NCBI GenBank assembly: GCA_030390025.1
Contig: CM059432.1
Location: 148,058,001-148,122,000 of the forward strand
Length of the DNA stretch: 64,000 nt
DNA from: Squalus acanthias
Lineage: Eukaryota
Direction of reading: 5' to 3'
The translations under genes and the position numbers were made by a program. The notes under the pieces are model-generated. The model had not been told where the DNA came from. It was given only the letters and a program-made list of their open reading frames with translations, and ran no database searches. Shown here in pieces: positions 11,711-23,048 of the stretch (position 1 is the stretch's first letter; every line of letters starts with the position of its first letter).

Positions 11711-14531
11711 TTACAATATCAGCCAATCACCCTTGTGCAATTCCTTAGTGCTTGACGTTCGTGTGCCTTTACCTATTCTAGTGCTCCTACGCAGTGCTCC
11801 CCCAGTGGCTGCTGCATGGTTGGTGGAAGGCTGCTGACTTTCAGTGTGGGAGACTACAGATGGTCCTTGCACAACAACCTCGACCAGCTGTGGGCCTAGA
11901 AGGCCCGGCTGTAGACTGCACCACCTCGGCACGGGGGCAGCAGTCTGGGCTGGCTGGCTGATAGGTAGCGGCAAGGGCAATGGCGGAGTGACAGTGGTGG
12001 GAGTATGAATGCTGTCCTCCTGAGAGAGGACAGCAGGTTCTTGGTCCACAGACCCACTTCCACACCCCCAGGGCAGTGCCTCAGCATTCCTAGCAATCTG
12101 TTAGAGGACAGATTGCTGGCCTGCTGCGACACCCTGCAACCCCCTTTCGAGACTCGTAAACCCAGTGACGATGGCAGCAGTCTGAGCTTCCAGTGCAGCA
12201 GTGAGACATTGGGTCACTTCCGCCTGTGCAGCAATAGAAGCCGCGACATCGCCCATCACACGCAGCATCATGGCTGGGTCCACAAGTTCTCTCCTGCAGT
12301 TGTCCATCATTTCCATCCTGGAAATCATGGGTCCAAGCTCTGTGCAAAGCCCCGGTCCAATGTTGGAGCCGGACTCCTCCATGCTCCTTGACACTGACAA
12401 TAGGCTCTCTGGCAGGCTTGCCATTGCTCCTAGCATTTCGGTGTGCTTGCCCATCACCATTCTTCTGAAGGCCGCCCCATCTAAGTCATATGCAGCAGAA
12501 GATGTGCGTGAACTCGCCCTCCAGGGCGCTGGCCCCCGAGCTACCCTCTCCCCCTGGCCTTGCTGCAGCCCACTCATGCCCGGTGACTCCACCATGTGCA
12601 GATGGCGCCTCTATACTACCCTCTACATCCCGCGCAGTGCCTTTTTCTGAGCTGGTGTCTGCGAGTGTCAGATGCAGTGACGGTGTGTCTACTTCTTCTC
12701 CATCACTCTCCAACAAGTTTAGGGATAGGCTGGCCTGCTGGTAGTTCTTGGGTATCTGAAAGCAGAAAGGCACAAGGGTCGGGTTGTGGTGAGGGGAGGG
12801 GGGAAAATCAAGATATCCATGTATACACCATCAGCAGCTTGTAAGTGAGAAGAGATTGTGGGATGAGGGGGAAGTGGGATGTGAGAAGAAGCATTAGGTA
12901 TGACCAGACCGTCATTATGAGCAACTTCTCCCGTGGCCATGGACTCCGTCACGGCCCCTCCAGTTATGTCAAGGCCCGATTCCTACAGGTCAGTGAGGTT
13001 CTGTATAGCGGCTTGGCCGCCTCCCTTCTGCCGCTGCTCCCTCCTGTTCTGGGCCACCTTTGCCTGCAAGAGAAAGGGAAGTGTGTCAGTGAGTGTGGTG
13101 CAATGTGTTTGGGTGAAGTGTGTCAGTGAGTGTGGTGCAATGTGTTTGGGTGAAGTGTGTCAGTGAGTGGTGCAATGTGTTTGGGTGAAGTGTGTCAGTG
13201 AGTGTGGTGCAATGTGTTTGGGTGATGTGTGTGTCAGTGAGTGTGGTGCAGTGTGTTTGGGTGATGTGTGTCAGTGAGTGTGGTGCAATGTGTTTGGGTG
13301 ATGTGTGTGTCAGTGAGTGTGGTGCAATGTGTTTGGGTGATGTGTGTGTCAGTGAGTGTGGTGCAATGTGTTTGGGTGATGTGTGTGTCAGTGAGTGTGG
13401 TGCAATGTGTTTGGGTGAAGTGTGTCAGTGAGTGTGGTGCAATGTGTTTGGGTGATGTGTGTCAGTGAGTGTGGTGCAATGTGTTTGGGTGATGTGTGTG
13501 TCAGTGAGTGTGGTGCAATGTGTTTGGGTGATGTGTGTCAGTGAGTGTGGTGCAATGTGTTTGGGTGATGTGTGTGTCAGTGAGTGTGGTGCAATGTGTT
13601 TGGGTGATGTGTGTCAGTGAGTGTGGTGCAATGTGTTTGGGTGAAGTGTGTCAGTGAGTGTAATGCAATGTGTTTGGGTGAAGTGTGTGTTAGTGAGTGT
13701 GGTGCAATGTGTTTGGTTGATGTGTGTGTCAGTGAGTGCGGTGCAATGTGTTTGGGTGAAATGTGTCAGTGAGTGTGGTGCAATGTGTTTGGGTGATGTG
13801 TGTCAGTGAGTGTGGTGCAATGTGTTTGGGTGAAATGTGTCAGTGAGTGTGGTGCAATGTGTTTGGGTGATGTGTGTGTCAGTGAGTGTGGTGCAATGTG
13901 TTTGGGTGAAATGTGTCAGTGAGTGTGGTGCAATGTGTTTGGGTGATGTGTGTGTCAGGGAGTGTGGTGCAATGTGTTTGGGTGAAGTGTGTCAGTGAGT
14001 GTGGTGCAATGTGTTTGGGTGAAGTGTATTAGTGAGTGTGCTGCAATGTGTTTGGCTGATGTGCCTGCCATAGTTGAATAGCTGTCAGTGTGTGCAAGGA
14101 GTGAGATGTGTGTGTGAGTGTTGCAGCTGTGGTAAGGTTGTGAGGGTGAAGTGAAGCTATGATTGTGAGGTTTGAGTGGTGATAGGTGGAGATTGTTGGT
14201 GGGTGAGTGCTGGGGGTGTGGTGCATCGAGCAGTGTGTGAGGCTTGTGGTGCAGATGGTGGGATATGGCATTTGCTGAAGCCTTCACTCACCTTGACCTG
14301 CCATGTGAGGTCATTAAATTTTTCTCGGCACTGGATCCAGGTCCTTGGGACCACACTGGTGGCCATGACGAAGTTGGCTATCTCCTCTCATAGCCTTCTG
14401 AAAGTGGCCTTCAATGGTATCCTGCCACCCTGCGGGTTCAGGACAGCCCGCCTATGTTGCCCGGCCATGACCAAGGCCTCCAGTGCAACATCCGAGAACC
14501 TTTGTGCTCGCTCCCTTGGTTACTGAGCCAT
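11711..14531 (-). pseudogene. Harbinger Myb/SANT partner gene, 3 exons, disrupted
   Basis: ATG at 14531; RERAQRFSDVALEAL..RTWIQCREKFNDLTWQVK|GTGAGT; acceptor TTGCAG before AKVAQNR; acceptor TTTCAG before exon 3; RRSTRIGKG..KELHKGD tail; premature stops. Confidence 0.85.
13081..14062. repeat. Minisatellite, 37-41 bp unit, about 25 copies, in Myb intron 1
   Basis: Unit GTGTGTCAGTGAGTGTGGTGCAATGTGTTTGGGTGA(A/T) with TG-dinucleotide length variants, head-to-tail without spacers. Confidence 0.95.
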
Positions 14532-14805
14532 GTCTTCATCCAGACTGACAATGAGGTGCTGCTACAACAAAGCGCCTCCCCTTTTAAGCCGTACAGTGAG
14601 CATAGGCCAAACATTACTGGCCATTAGACTGCACCTGATATTGGCCCCGTCATTGAGCGCTAAGCCAATCGGCAGCGCGCCAATCATTATAATGAGCAGG
14701 CAGCACGAATTTTGCGTGCTGCCTGGACCACTTTGAACGGGCGCAGGCAAATAGCGCTGGCCCATGACACTGCCTGTTTTCAGTCCTAATCCTATTTCTA
14801 GTCCT

Positions 14806-15245
14806 TAGAATCATACAGAAGGAGGCCATTCGGCCCATTGTGCCTGTACCAGCTTTTTGAAGAGTTATTAATTATTCCCACATCCCTGCTCTTTCCCCAT
14901 AGCCCTGCAAATTTTTCCTTTTTAAGTGGAGAAATTCTCCCCGGCTTCCCCCTGCCAATTATTTTAAGTCTGGTTACTGACCCTCCTGCCAGTGTAAACA
15001 GTTTCCCCCTATCAAAACCCCTCATAATTTTAACACCTCTCTTAAATCTCCCCTTCATCTTCTGTGTTCTAAGGAGATCAATCCCAGCTTCTCTAGTCTC
15101 TCCAGATAACTGAAACCCCTCACCCCTGGTACCAATCTCCTCTGCACCCTCTTGATGTCCTTCCAAAAGTGTGGTGCCCAGAATTGGACACAATACTCTA
15201 GCTGAGGTCTAACTAGCGATTTATAAAGATTTAGCATAACTTCCC
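14806..15245 (-). mobile_element. CR1 3' fragment
   Basis: [29 protein letters not shown]; tail AGAATCATA at ~14807. Confidence 0.88.
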
Positions 15246-15466
15246 TGGAAATTGGATTTTATTCTGGAGTCTTGTCATCTTTGTTGACAGACGTAGTTAC
15301 TTGCCACAATCGCTACTCTGTCTGAACAGAAAAGTGGTAGCTTGAAAACCTTCTTTACAAATATATTTTTCTGTGATTGTTTGTGTAATGAACACTTTAA
15401 GAGAATTTGAAAATTCTCTGTGGATGACAAAGCCTACACGTGACTCCAAACCAACGCTATGTGGAA

Positions 15467-15598
15467 AGAAAGAAGAAAGAAAACCTTGCATTTATATAGC
15501 ACCTTTCACAACCTCAGGACGTCCCAAAGCGTTTATAGCCAATGAAGTGCTTTTGAAGTGTGGTCACTGTTGTAATGTAGGAAATGTGGTTGTAATGT
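15467..15598 (-). mobile_element. DeuSINE (SacSINE1-like) 3' tail fragment
   Basis: Matches the tail of the full-length SINE at 63322-63779 (CATTTATATAGC..CCCAAAGC..GCCAATGAAGT). Confidence 0.8.
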
Positions 15599-15685
15599 AA
15601 TGTTCTTCACTTTTAATGCCCTCTGGGCAAATAGGGATGGGCAATAAATACTTCCTCGTCCATATTGCCTAAGAGTAAATATAAA

Positions 15686-16376
15686 CCCAAACCCTCAAAC
15701 CCAGCACCAAGCTCATGGTCTACAGAGCAGCAGTGATACCCGCCCTCCTGTATGCTTCAGAGACATGGACCATGTACTGCAGGCACCTCAAAGCACTGGA
15801 GAGGTACCACCAACACTGCCTCCGCAAGATCCTGCAAATCCATTGGCAGGATAGGCGCACCAACATCAGTGTTCTTGCTCAGGTCAACATCCCCAGCATC
15901 GAAGCTTTGACCACGCTCGATCAGCTCCGATGGATGGGCCACATCGTCCGCATGCCCGATACGAGACTCCCAAAACAAGCGCTCTACTCGGAGCTCCAAC
16001 ACAGCAAGAGAGCTCCAGGTGGGCAGAGGAAACGCTTCAAGGACACTCTCAAAGCCTCCTTGAAAAAGTGCAACATCCCCACCGACACCTGGGAATCCCT
16101 GGCCCAAGACCGCACAAGGTGGAGGAGAAGCATCCGGGAAGGCGCCAAACACCTCGAGTCTCTACACCGGGAGCAAGCGGAAGCCAAGCACACAAACAGC
16201 GGAGGGAGCGCACGTCAACACAAGCACCTCACCCACCTGTTCCTTCAACCACCGTCTGCCCCACCTGTGACAGAGACTGTAGGTCCCGCATTGGACTCAT
16301 CAGTCACCTGAGAACTCACTTTTAGTGTGGAAGCAAGTCATCCTCGGCTCCGAGGGACTGCCTAAGAGAGAAGAAG
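15686..16376 (+). mobile_element. RTE-clade LINE 3' fragment with 9-bp TSD
   Basis: LLYASETWT..LRKILQIHWQD..LRWMGHIVRMPDTRLPKQALY..GGQRKRFKD; C-terminal CPTCDRDCRSRIGLISHLRTH; GAA tail; TSD AAATATAAA at 15677-15685 and 16377-16385. Confidence 0.93.
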
Positions 16377-17270
16377 AAATATAAAAAGGCATTGTGGTGT
16401 CTAGAGCTTGTCTTATACTGCATGCTGTAGACCTTTGATGTGCACTGCTGTGTGTATTGATCTAGTTTGCTTCCAATACTATAATGTATTGCCTCAGTCT
16501 CTCTTGGGTTATATCTTCCTCTGGTGATTAAATACAGGAAATAATGTTAGTGGAAAATGCTAACTAAGTAAAAAATCCACGTTTAGCATTGGTCTGAGGA
16601 TTCCAAAGCTTCCACAAATAGATTAATAAATGTTATTTTTATTAGCAAAAATGTTCTTAAGGACTTTAAAAAAAATCATTTTAATGAGGAACTTATACAG
16701 CAATCCAAAGCTCCATACTTAAATTGAAAATGAAGGTCGAGACATTTCCTCCAGGGCGGGGGGGCAGGGGCTGTGTCACCATTAGAGGAGGGTCAGGGCA
16801 GGACCTCCATCCACCACGCTAAGCCCACGGTGACCCTATCCCATTTTGCTGGGTTGGGGCTGTTTCCCGATGCATGGTGAACTCATGCAGGATACCTGCC
16901 AGCAAAAGAAAACCGGCCCCTGCTAGAGTGTCACATACCCACTGCAACACCAGAAGAGAAGATTGACTCTTAAAGGGGACAGAGGTGCCCTGAGAGGTGA
17001 AGAAGGATTGAAGTGTGGACATGGACTGAGCCATGACCTAAACAAGGTATGTTCTTGAAGCCTGAGGAGAGGCAGAGTTTCCCACTACTGGGCCTTCTCC
17101 CTCAAAGGGGCTTTGACCAGCCTTCTTTGCTGCCCCAGAGTCCACTGCTGCCCCTCTCTTGATGGTCCCTGAAGTTGGAAAATGAAAGTAACAGAAGAAT
17201 TCACAGAAATATTGGTATTAGACAGCATTACACACTGTTGTCATATATATATATATATATAAAAGACAAT

Positions 17271-18164
17271 GGGGGAGAAATTCAGTATCGCCCCATTTGG
17301 GGCGCAATTATCGGCCGGGCGCAAAGATTAGCGCCTGGCGCTAATTATCACCACCGACTGCAAACTTGACTTTTATCGCCCCTGGAGGTGATTGCAGCGC
17401 TATATCAGGCGCTTCACACCTGTCTTAAGGCGCAAAGGCCGAGGAGCGAGGCGCTACCTCAGAGCGCTGGCGAAGCTCATGTAATGTCAGTCAGCAATGG
17501 AACATACACACAATGGCACGGGCCAGTTCTTAAAGGGGATGGTTAATCTTGCTTTCCATCCACATCCTACTCATTGCAGCCTTGAATCTCGGCCTGGAGA
17601 GACCTGCACATCAAATGTGCTGGAAAGAACAATGGAGAGTACCAGGCCAAGAACTCAGAATGCAGCCCCCACAGTCTCTGCTAAATCGATACAAAGAATG
17701 GCAAATCAAAATGAACCTGCAAAGTGCTGCTCAGTACCCAAAACTCCTTCACACAACGTTGAATCTCTCCAGAAGTCTCTCCCTCTCTCTCTCAGAATGC
17801 GTAGTTCAAAAATGGCACCAACAATAAAAGGCAGGAAGCGGTCACCTTTAAATAGCGCTCCCCCTTTCCCTTCATGACTGCAGAACGCTCCCCTCAACCT
17901 GTCGTTGCTAGCGTCAGGTGGTAAGGCAGGGGGCGCCACTCAATATCTGCTCCAGGGCGATACCGGGGCGTTGCGCACTCGAGTGACGTCATGATCTGCC
18001 GGCGCAGGAGATCGTGGCAGGTAGTGTTTAGCGCCGCCGCAAAATTTCTAGTTAATTTCGCGAGCGGCGCAAACTTCGCCGCGCCTGGGCGCTAGATGCT
18101 TTGCGCCCCATTAGCGCCCTCTTAAGGCGCTAACGGGAGGCGCAACCAACTGAATTTTTCCCCC
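17271..18164. mobile_element. 894-bp non-autonomous Harbinger (MITE), copy 2
   Basis: Same TIRs as 7395-8287; perfect AAT/AAT TSD; same orientation as copy 1. Confidence 0.95.
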
Positions 18165-18823
18165 AATGGATTATATACATTCAGTCCCACAAATCTACAG
18201 GGGTAAACCTTGTGGCCCTATAGGGAAAGGTAAATTCAAAAATGTGCTTAAACATGTCACTGGTAGCTGCACAGACATACCGAGAAATTATGAGCCGAGT
18301 ATTGGATAAAGAAACATCCCATAAAGTTGGCAGATGGGATATTACAGGCAGAAATGGAGAAATGGGAGGACACATAAAATAGGATGAGCACATAAACATC
18401 AGGGTGAGAGGATATTGGGTGGTGACAGTGATAGCTGAGAAATGTAAACTGAGTGGTATATAAATCAACACGTTTATTGAGGGCAGGGTGACTGTTGTGA
18501 AGGGCTACGGATGATACTCGCTGGTGTTGAGAGAGTTGGGCTAGTATTGGACTGTCGGAAGGATGAGATGTAGCGGGTGAAAGTGTTACACGTGGAATGG
18601 AGAAGGAGAACATGGATCTGCATATGGACACTGACCATCTATCAACTTCTAATGTAACCAGCAACAAATCTTTAACACATTCAATGGCCTGGATTTTGCG
18701 GTCAGCGGCGAACGAACGGCGCTCACCGTTCATTACACTTGCAGATGCCAACAGATTTTTAGTGGGCTTTTGCGCGGTGACTTACGGTAATTATAGAGCC
18801 ATTTTAACGCGGCACCTTCTTTG

Positions 18824-19505
18824 ACCTCAACTCCACTTTTCTGCCCGATCCCCATATCCCTTGATTCCCCTAGCGTCCAAAAATCTATCGATCTCAGCCT
18901 TGAATGTACTCAACGGCTCAGCATCCACAGCCCTCTGGGGTAGAGAATTCCAAAGGTTCACAACCCTCTGAGTGAAGAAATTCCTCCTCATCTCAGTCTT
19001 AAATGGCCGACCTCTTACCCTGAGACTATGCCCCCTAGTTCTAGACTCTCCAGCCAGGGGAAACAACCTCTCAGCATCTACACTGTCAATCCCCCTCAGG
19101 ATCCTATATGAATGAGATCACCTCTCATTCTTCTAAACTCCAGAGTGTATAGGCTCAATCTACTCAATCTCTCCTTATAGGACAACCCTCTCATCCCAGG
19201 AATCAATCTAGTGAACCTTTGTTGCACCGCCTCTAAGGCAAGTACATCCTTCCTTAGATAAGGAGACCAAAACTGTGCACAGTACTCCAGGTGTGGTCTC
19301 ACCAAAACCCTGTGCAATTGTAGCAAGACTTCCTTACTCTTATACTCCAACCCCGTTGCAATAAAGAACATGCCATTTGCCTTCCTAATTGCTTGCTGTA
19401 CCTGCATGCCAAATTCCTGTGGTTCCTGTATGAGGACACCTAAATCTCTCTGAACACCAACATTTAATAGTTTCTCGCCATTTAAAAAATATTCCGTTTT
19501 TCTAA
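18824..19505 (-). mobile_element. CR1 3' fragment
   Basis: LVRPHLEYCAQFWSPYLRKDVLALEAVQQRFTRLIPG; MFPLAGESRTRGHSL..EMRRNFFTQRVVNLWNSLP. Confidence 0.92.
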
Positions 19506-19587
19506 GATGTTAGGGCAGGTGACCAAAAGCTTGGTCGAAGAGGTAGGTTTTAAGGAGCGTCTTAAAGAGTGAAGAGAAGTGAAGAAG

Positions 19588-20171
19588 TTTGCATGGATTT
19601 CAGGCTTCCCCATGGTGCAGGTTGCCATTGACCATGCACATTGCGTGTGCCTTATATCAACTCTGCCATGTATCTGAACTGAAAGGGATTCCATTCCCTC
19701 AACGTGTAGCTGGTGAGTGACCATAGGCAGCGCATCATGCAGGTCAATGCCCGGTATCCTGGCAGCAGTCACGATGAGTTCAGTCTGTGGCTATCCTCTG
19801 CGCCAGCTGTATTTCAACCACCACAGCAAAAGCCGAGGGTGGCTACTGGGTGACAAGGGCGATCCACTGATGACATGGCTCATGACTCCATTCCACAACC
19901 CACGCACACGTGCGCAGTAGGCATACAATGAGAGCCATACTGCCACAAGAAATCTGCTATAGCAAACCTTTGGCATCCTGAAGCAACGATTCTACTGTCT
20001 GGACCGCTCTGAAGGAGCCCTGCAGTACTCGACTGCGTGGGTCTCTAGATTTTTCGTGGAATGCTGCATGCTGCACAACCTTGCCATCATGAGGGAACAG
20101 CCCTTGCCACCAGCTATCAGGCAAGAAGCTGAGTAGCAGGAGAATGAGGAGGAGGTGGCTGAGGAGGAGGA
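19588..20171 (+). pseudogene. Harbinger transposase 3' half (element C)
   Basis: [36 protein letters not shown]; stops present. Confidence 0.85.
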
Positions 20172-20172
20172 G

Positions 20173-21003
20173 TTTTTTTTTTATTCGTTCATGGGGTTTG
20201 GGCATCGCTGACAAGGCCGGTATTTATTCCTCATCCCTAATTGCCCCTTGAGAAGGTGGTGGTGAGCTGCCTTCTTGAACCGCTGCAGTCCGTGTGGTGA
20301 AGGTATTCCCACAGTGCTGTTAGGGAGGGAGTTCCAGATTTTGAACCAATGACGATGAAGGAACAGCGATATATTTCCAAGTCAGGATGGTGTGTGACCT
20401 GGAGGGGAACTTGGAGGTGGTGGTGTTCCCATGCGTCTGCTGGCCTTGTCCTTGTAGGCGGTAGAGGTTGCGGGTTTGGGAGGTGCTGTCGAAGACACTT
20501 TGGCGAGTTGCTGCAGTGCATCTTGTAGATGGTACACACTGCAGCCCCGATACGCCGGTGGTGGAGGAGTGAATGTTTTCGGTGGTGGATGAGGTGCCAA
20601 TCAAGCGGGCTGCTTTGTCCTTGGATGGTGTCGAGCTTCTTGAGTGTTGTTGGAGCTGCACTCATCCAGGCAAGTGGAGAGTATTCCATCACACTCCTGA
20701 CTTGTGCCTTGTAGATGGTGGAAAGGCTTTGGGAGTCAGAAGGTGAGACACTTCCCACAGAATACCCAGCCTCTGACCTGCTCTTGTAGCCACAGTATTT
20801 ATGTGGCTGGTCCAGTTAAATTTCTGGGCAATGGTGACCCCCAGGATGTTGATGATGGGGGATTCAGCGATGGTAATGCTGTTGAATGTCAAGGAGCAGT
20901 GGTTAAACTCTCTTGTTGGAGATAGTCAATGCCTGGCACAAATGTTACTAATCAGCCCAAGCCTGAATGTTGTTCAGGTTTTGCTGCATGCGGGCACGGA
21001 CTG
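20173..21003 (-). mobile_element. CR1-group LINE (A-tailed family) 3' fragment
   Basis: ILGVTIAQKFNWTSHINTVATRAGQRLG, IYKAQVRSVMEYSPLAW; T-run at 20173 is the A tail; same family as 32438-33822. Confidence 0.88.
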
Positions 21004-21307
21004 TTGGGGACGAAGATGGTTGGGCCTCGGTGGCAGAGGAAGAGCCCGAAGTGGAGGAAGAGAAAGGGAGGCTGCAACCTAGACCGCCCCTTTCTGCTCG
21101 AGCTGTACGTGAACAAATAATTAATGAGCAATTCCAGAAACCTCAACCCCAATTCCCCATTTACCAACAGTCCCACACTCCTTACCTTTCCCCTGGCACT
21201 GATCATATCATCCTCTTGCCCACAATGCAAAATAAAAGTCCACACAAAATACACATTCCAATCTAAATTTATAAATTAAATCATGCCATATTGCATACAA
21301 AAATATT

Positions 21308-22071
21308 GGGCCAGAAATTCGGCTGTTGTCGGGTGAGTACGCGCTGTGTACTCACCCGTAAGGCCATCTGAAGTGCCGGTTTCCTGCATGCACTGCGCAT
21401 GTGCAGGAAACCGGAACTTCCGTTCCCCTGAAGGAAGGGGTTCAGAAGTCGAACGCGTGCGCGGGAGAGGCTGCGCACACGCAGCGAACTTCGGGGTTTT
21501 TTTTCAGGTTTCTCCGGGAAGGTAAGTATGGAGAAGCTGCGCTTTTAAAAAGGAGGCGCAAGGCCTGTTTTTAACAAGGTAAGTGGTTAATTAATTACAA
21601 TTTAAAAATTTTCAACAGGTTTATCTTTTTTAGATACTTTAAAGAAAGGTAAGTTTATTTTTAGCACCGTTGCAAAGTATAATTAATTTTTTCAAAAATT
21701 TAAATTTTTGTTTAAAGTAGTTAATTTATTTAACTTATAGTTATTTTAAAAATGTGATGTTTTTTAAAAAATGTATTTGAAGTTCAAGTGTGGTTTTGGG
21801 GCCGATCTCTATTCATAGATTTGACAGGTCTTCCTGTCAAATCTATGAATGAAAATACCCTGCTAGGATTGGCTCTCCATGGCCCACGTGATCCCAGGGG
21901 ACGCTTCGAACTAACTGCGCCCCTGGGATACACAAGCACTGTGCGCCGGCAGCTGGAGGAGGCCCAGGACCCGAAGTCCTCGTGGGCCCAAAGCACAACT
22001 GCAGGTGCGGTAGGCAAGTACGCGTGTGATGCTTGCACCCGCAGGAAGCCGGAAAGCTGAATTTCTGGCTC
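21308..22071 (+). mobile_element. Hairpin-rich non-autonomous Harbinger, 764 bp
   Basis: TIR GGGCCAGAAATT / AATTTCTGGCTC; GC-rich hairpin arms around an AT-rich core; inserted between the two gene tails of element C. Confidence 0.88.
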
Positions 22072-22074
22072 AAC

Positions 22075-22897
22075 GTAATCACCTTTGGGCATTCCCTGGT
22101 GCCGCTTCTGTGTGCCTTTGCCTGTCCTAGTGCTCCTACGAGGTGCTACCCCAGTGGCTGCTGAATGACTGGTGGAAGGCTGCTGACTTTCAGTGGGGGA
22201 GACTGCAGATGGCCTTGGAGGATGACCTCGAGCAGCTCTGGGACTAGAAGGCCCGGCTTCAGACTGCAACATCTCAGCCTGGGCGGCAGCAGTCTGGACT
22301 GGCTGGCTGACAGGAAACAGCAAGGACACTGGCGGAGTGGCAGGGGTGTGAGCATGATTGCTGTCATCCTGAGAGAGGAAAGCAGATTCTTGCTCCACAG
22401 AGCCACTGCCACTCTCCCAGGGAGGTGCCTTAGCAGTCCTAGTAATCAGTTGGAGGACAGATTGCTGGAATGCTGTAACATCCTGGAGGTCCCTTTGCAC
22501 ACTGGTGTCCAGAGCCATGATGAGAGCAGTCTGAGCTTCCACTGCAGCAGGCAGACGTTGGGTGGCTGCTGCTTGTGCTGCAATAGAAGCTGAGACATCG
22601 GTCATCAGACGCTGCATCATGGTTGGTTCCACAAGTGTGTTGATGGAGGTGGCCACCCTTTCCATGCTGGAAAGGATGGGCTCCAAGCTCTGTGCAAAGC
22701 CCTGTGCAAAGTTGGTGCCAAACTCCTCCATGCTCCTTGACCTTGAATGCAGGCATTCTGGCCGGCTGTCCAATGCACCAAGCATTTCGGTGTGTACACC
22801 CATCAGCCTTCTTCTGTAGCCTGACCAATTGAAGTGCTCATCTGAGTCCTCTGCAGCAGAGCTAGCGTGCGACCTCGCCCTCCGATGAGCTAGCACC
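22075..22897 (-). pseudogene. Harbinger Myb partner gene, exon-3 fragment (element C)
   Basis: YRRRLMGVHTEMLGALD..FAQSLEPILSSMERV..RRSTRTGKG, homologous to exon 3 of A and B. Confidence 0.85.
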
Positions 22898-23048
22898 TTT
22901 TACGTTCACATGAGAGAGCAGATGGGTCCTCGGTTTAACGTCTCATCCAAAAGACGGCACTTCCAACAGTGCAGCACTCCCTCAGCACTGCCCTGGTGTC
23001 AGGCTAGATTTTTGTGCTCAGGTCTCTGGAGTGGGACGCGAACCCAAA
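22898..23048 (-). mobile_element. DeuSINE fragment (Deu core)
   Basis: CCTCGGTTTAACGTCTCATCCAAAAGACGGCAC..GTGCAGCACTCCCTCAG is the reverse complement of the Deu domain. Confidence 0.85.

Larger units (their letters stand above)
10113..14804. mobile_element. Harbinger element B (decayed two-gene element)
   Basis: Ends TGCATAGAAATT / TATTTCTAGTCC with flanks ATA/TTA; transposase (+) and Myb gene (-) convergent. Confidence 0.85.
18686..22897. mobile_element. Harbinger element C, fragmented by nested insertions; right end lost
   Basis: Left end GGCCTGGATTTT after AAT (same end type as 47270); transposase 3' half (+) and Myb exon 3 (-) in the usual convergent order. Continuity of the left end with the coding part is inferred. 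Confidence 0.65.

Noticed and set aside
13081..14062. CRISPR-like array or repetitive Cys/Val ORFs
   Set aside because: Units are contiguous with no unique spacers, there are no cas genes, and the context is eukaryotic; the ORFs just translate the repeat.
21784..22896. 370-aa ORF as a real gene
   Set aside because: It is Myb exon 3 reading through a small indel into an inserted MITE; it lacks exons 1-2 and an ATG start.
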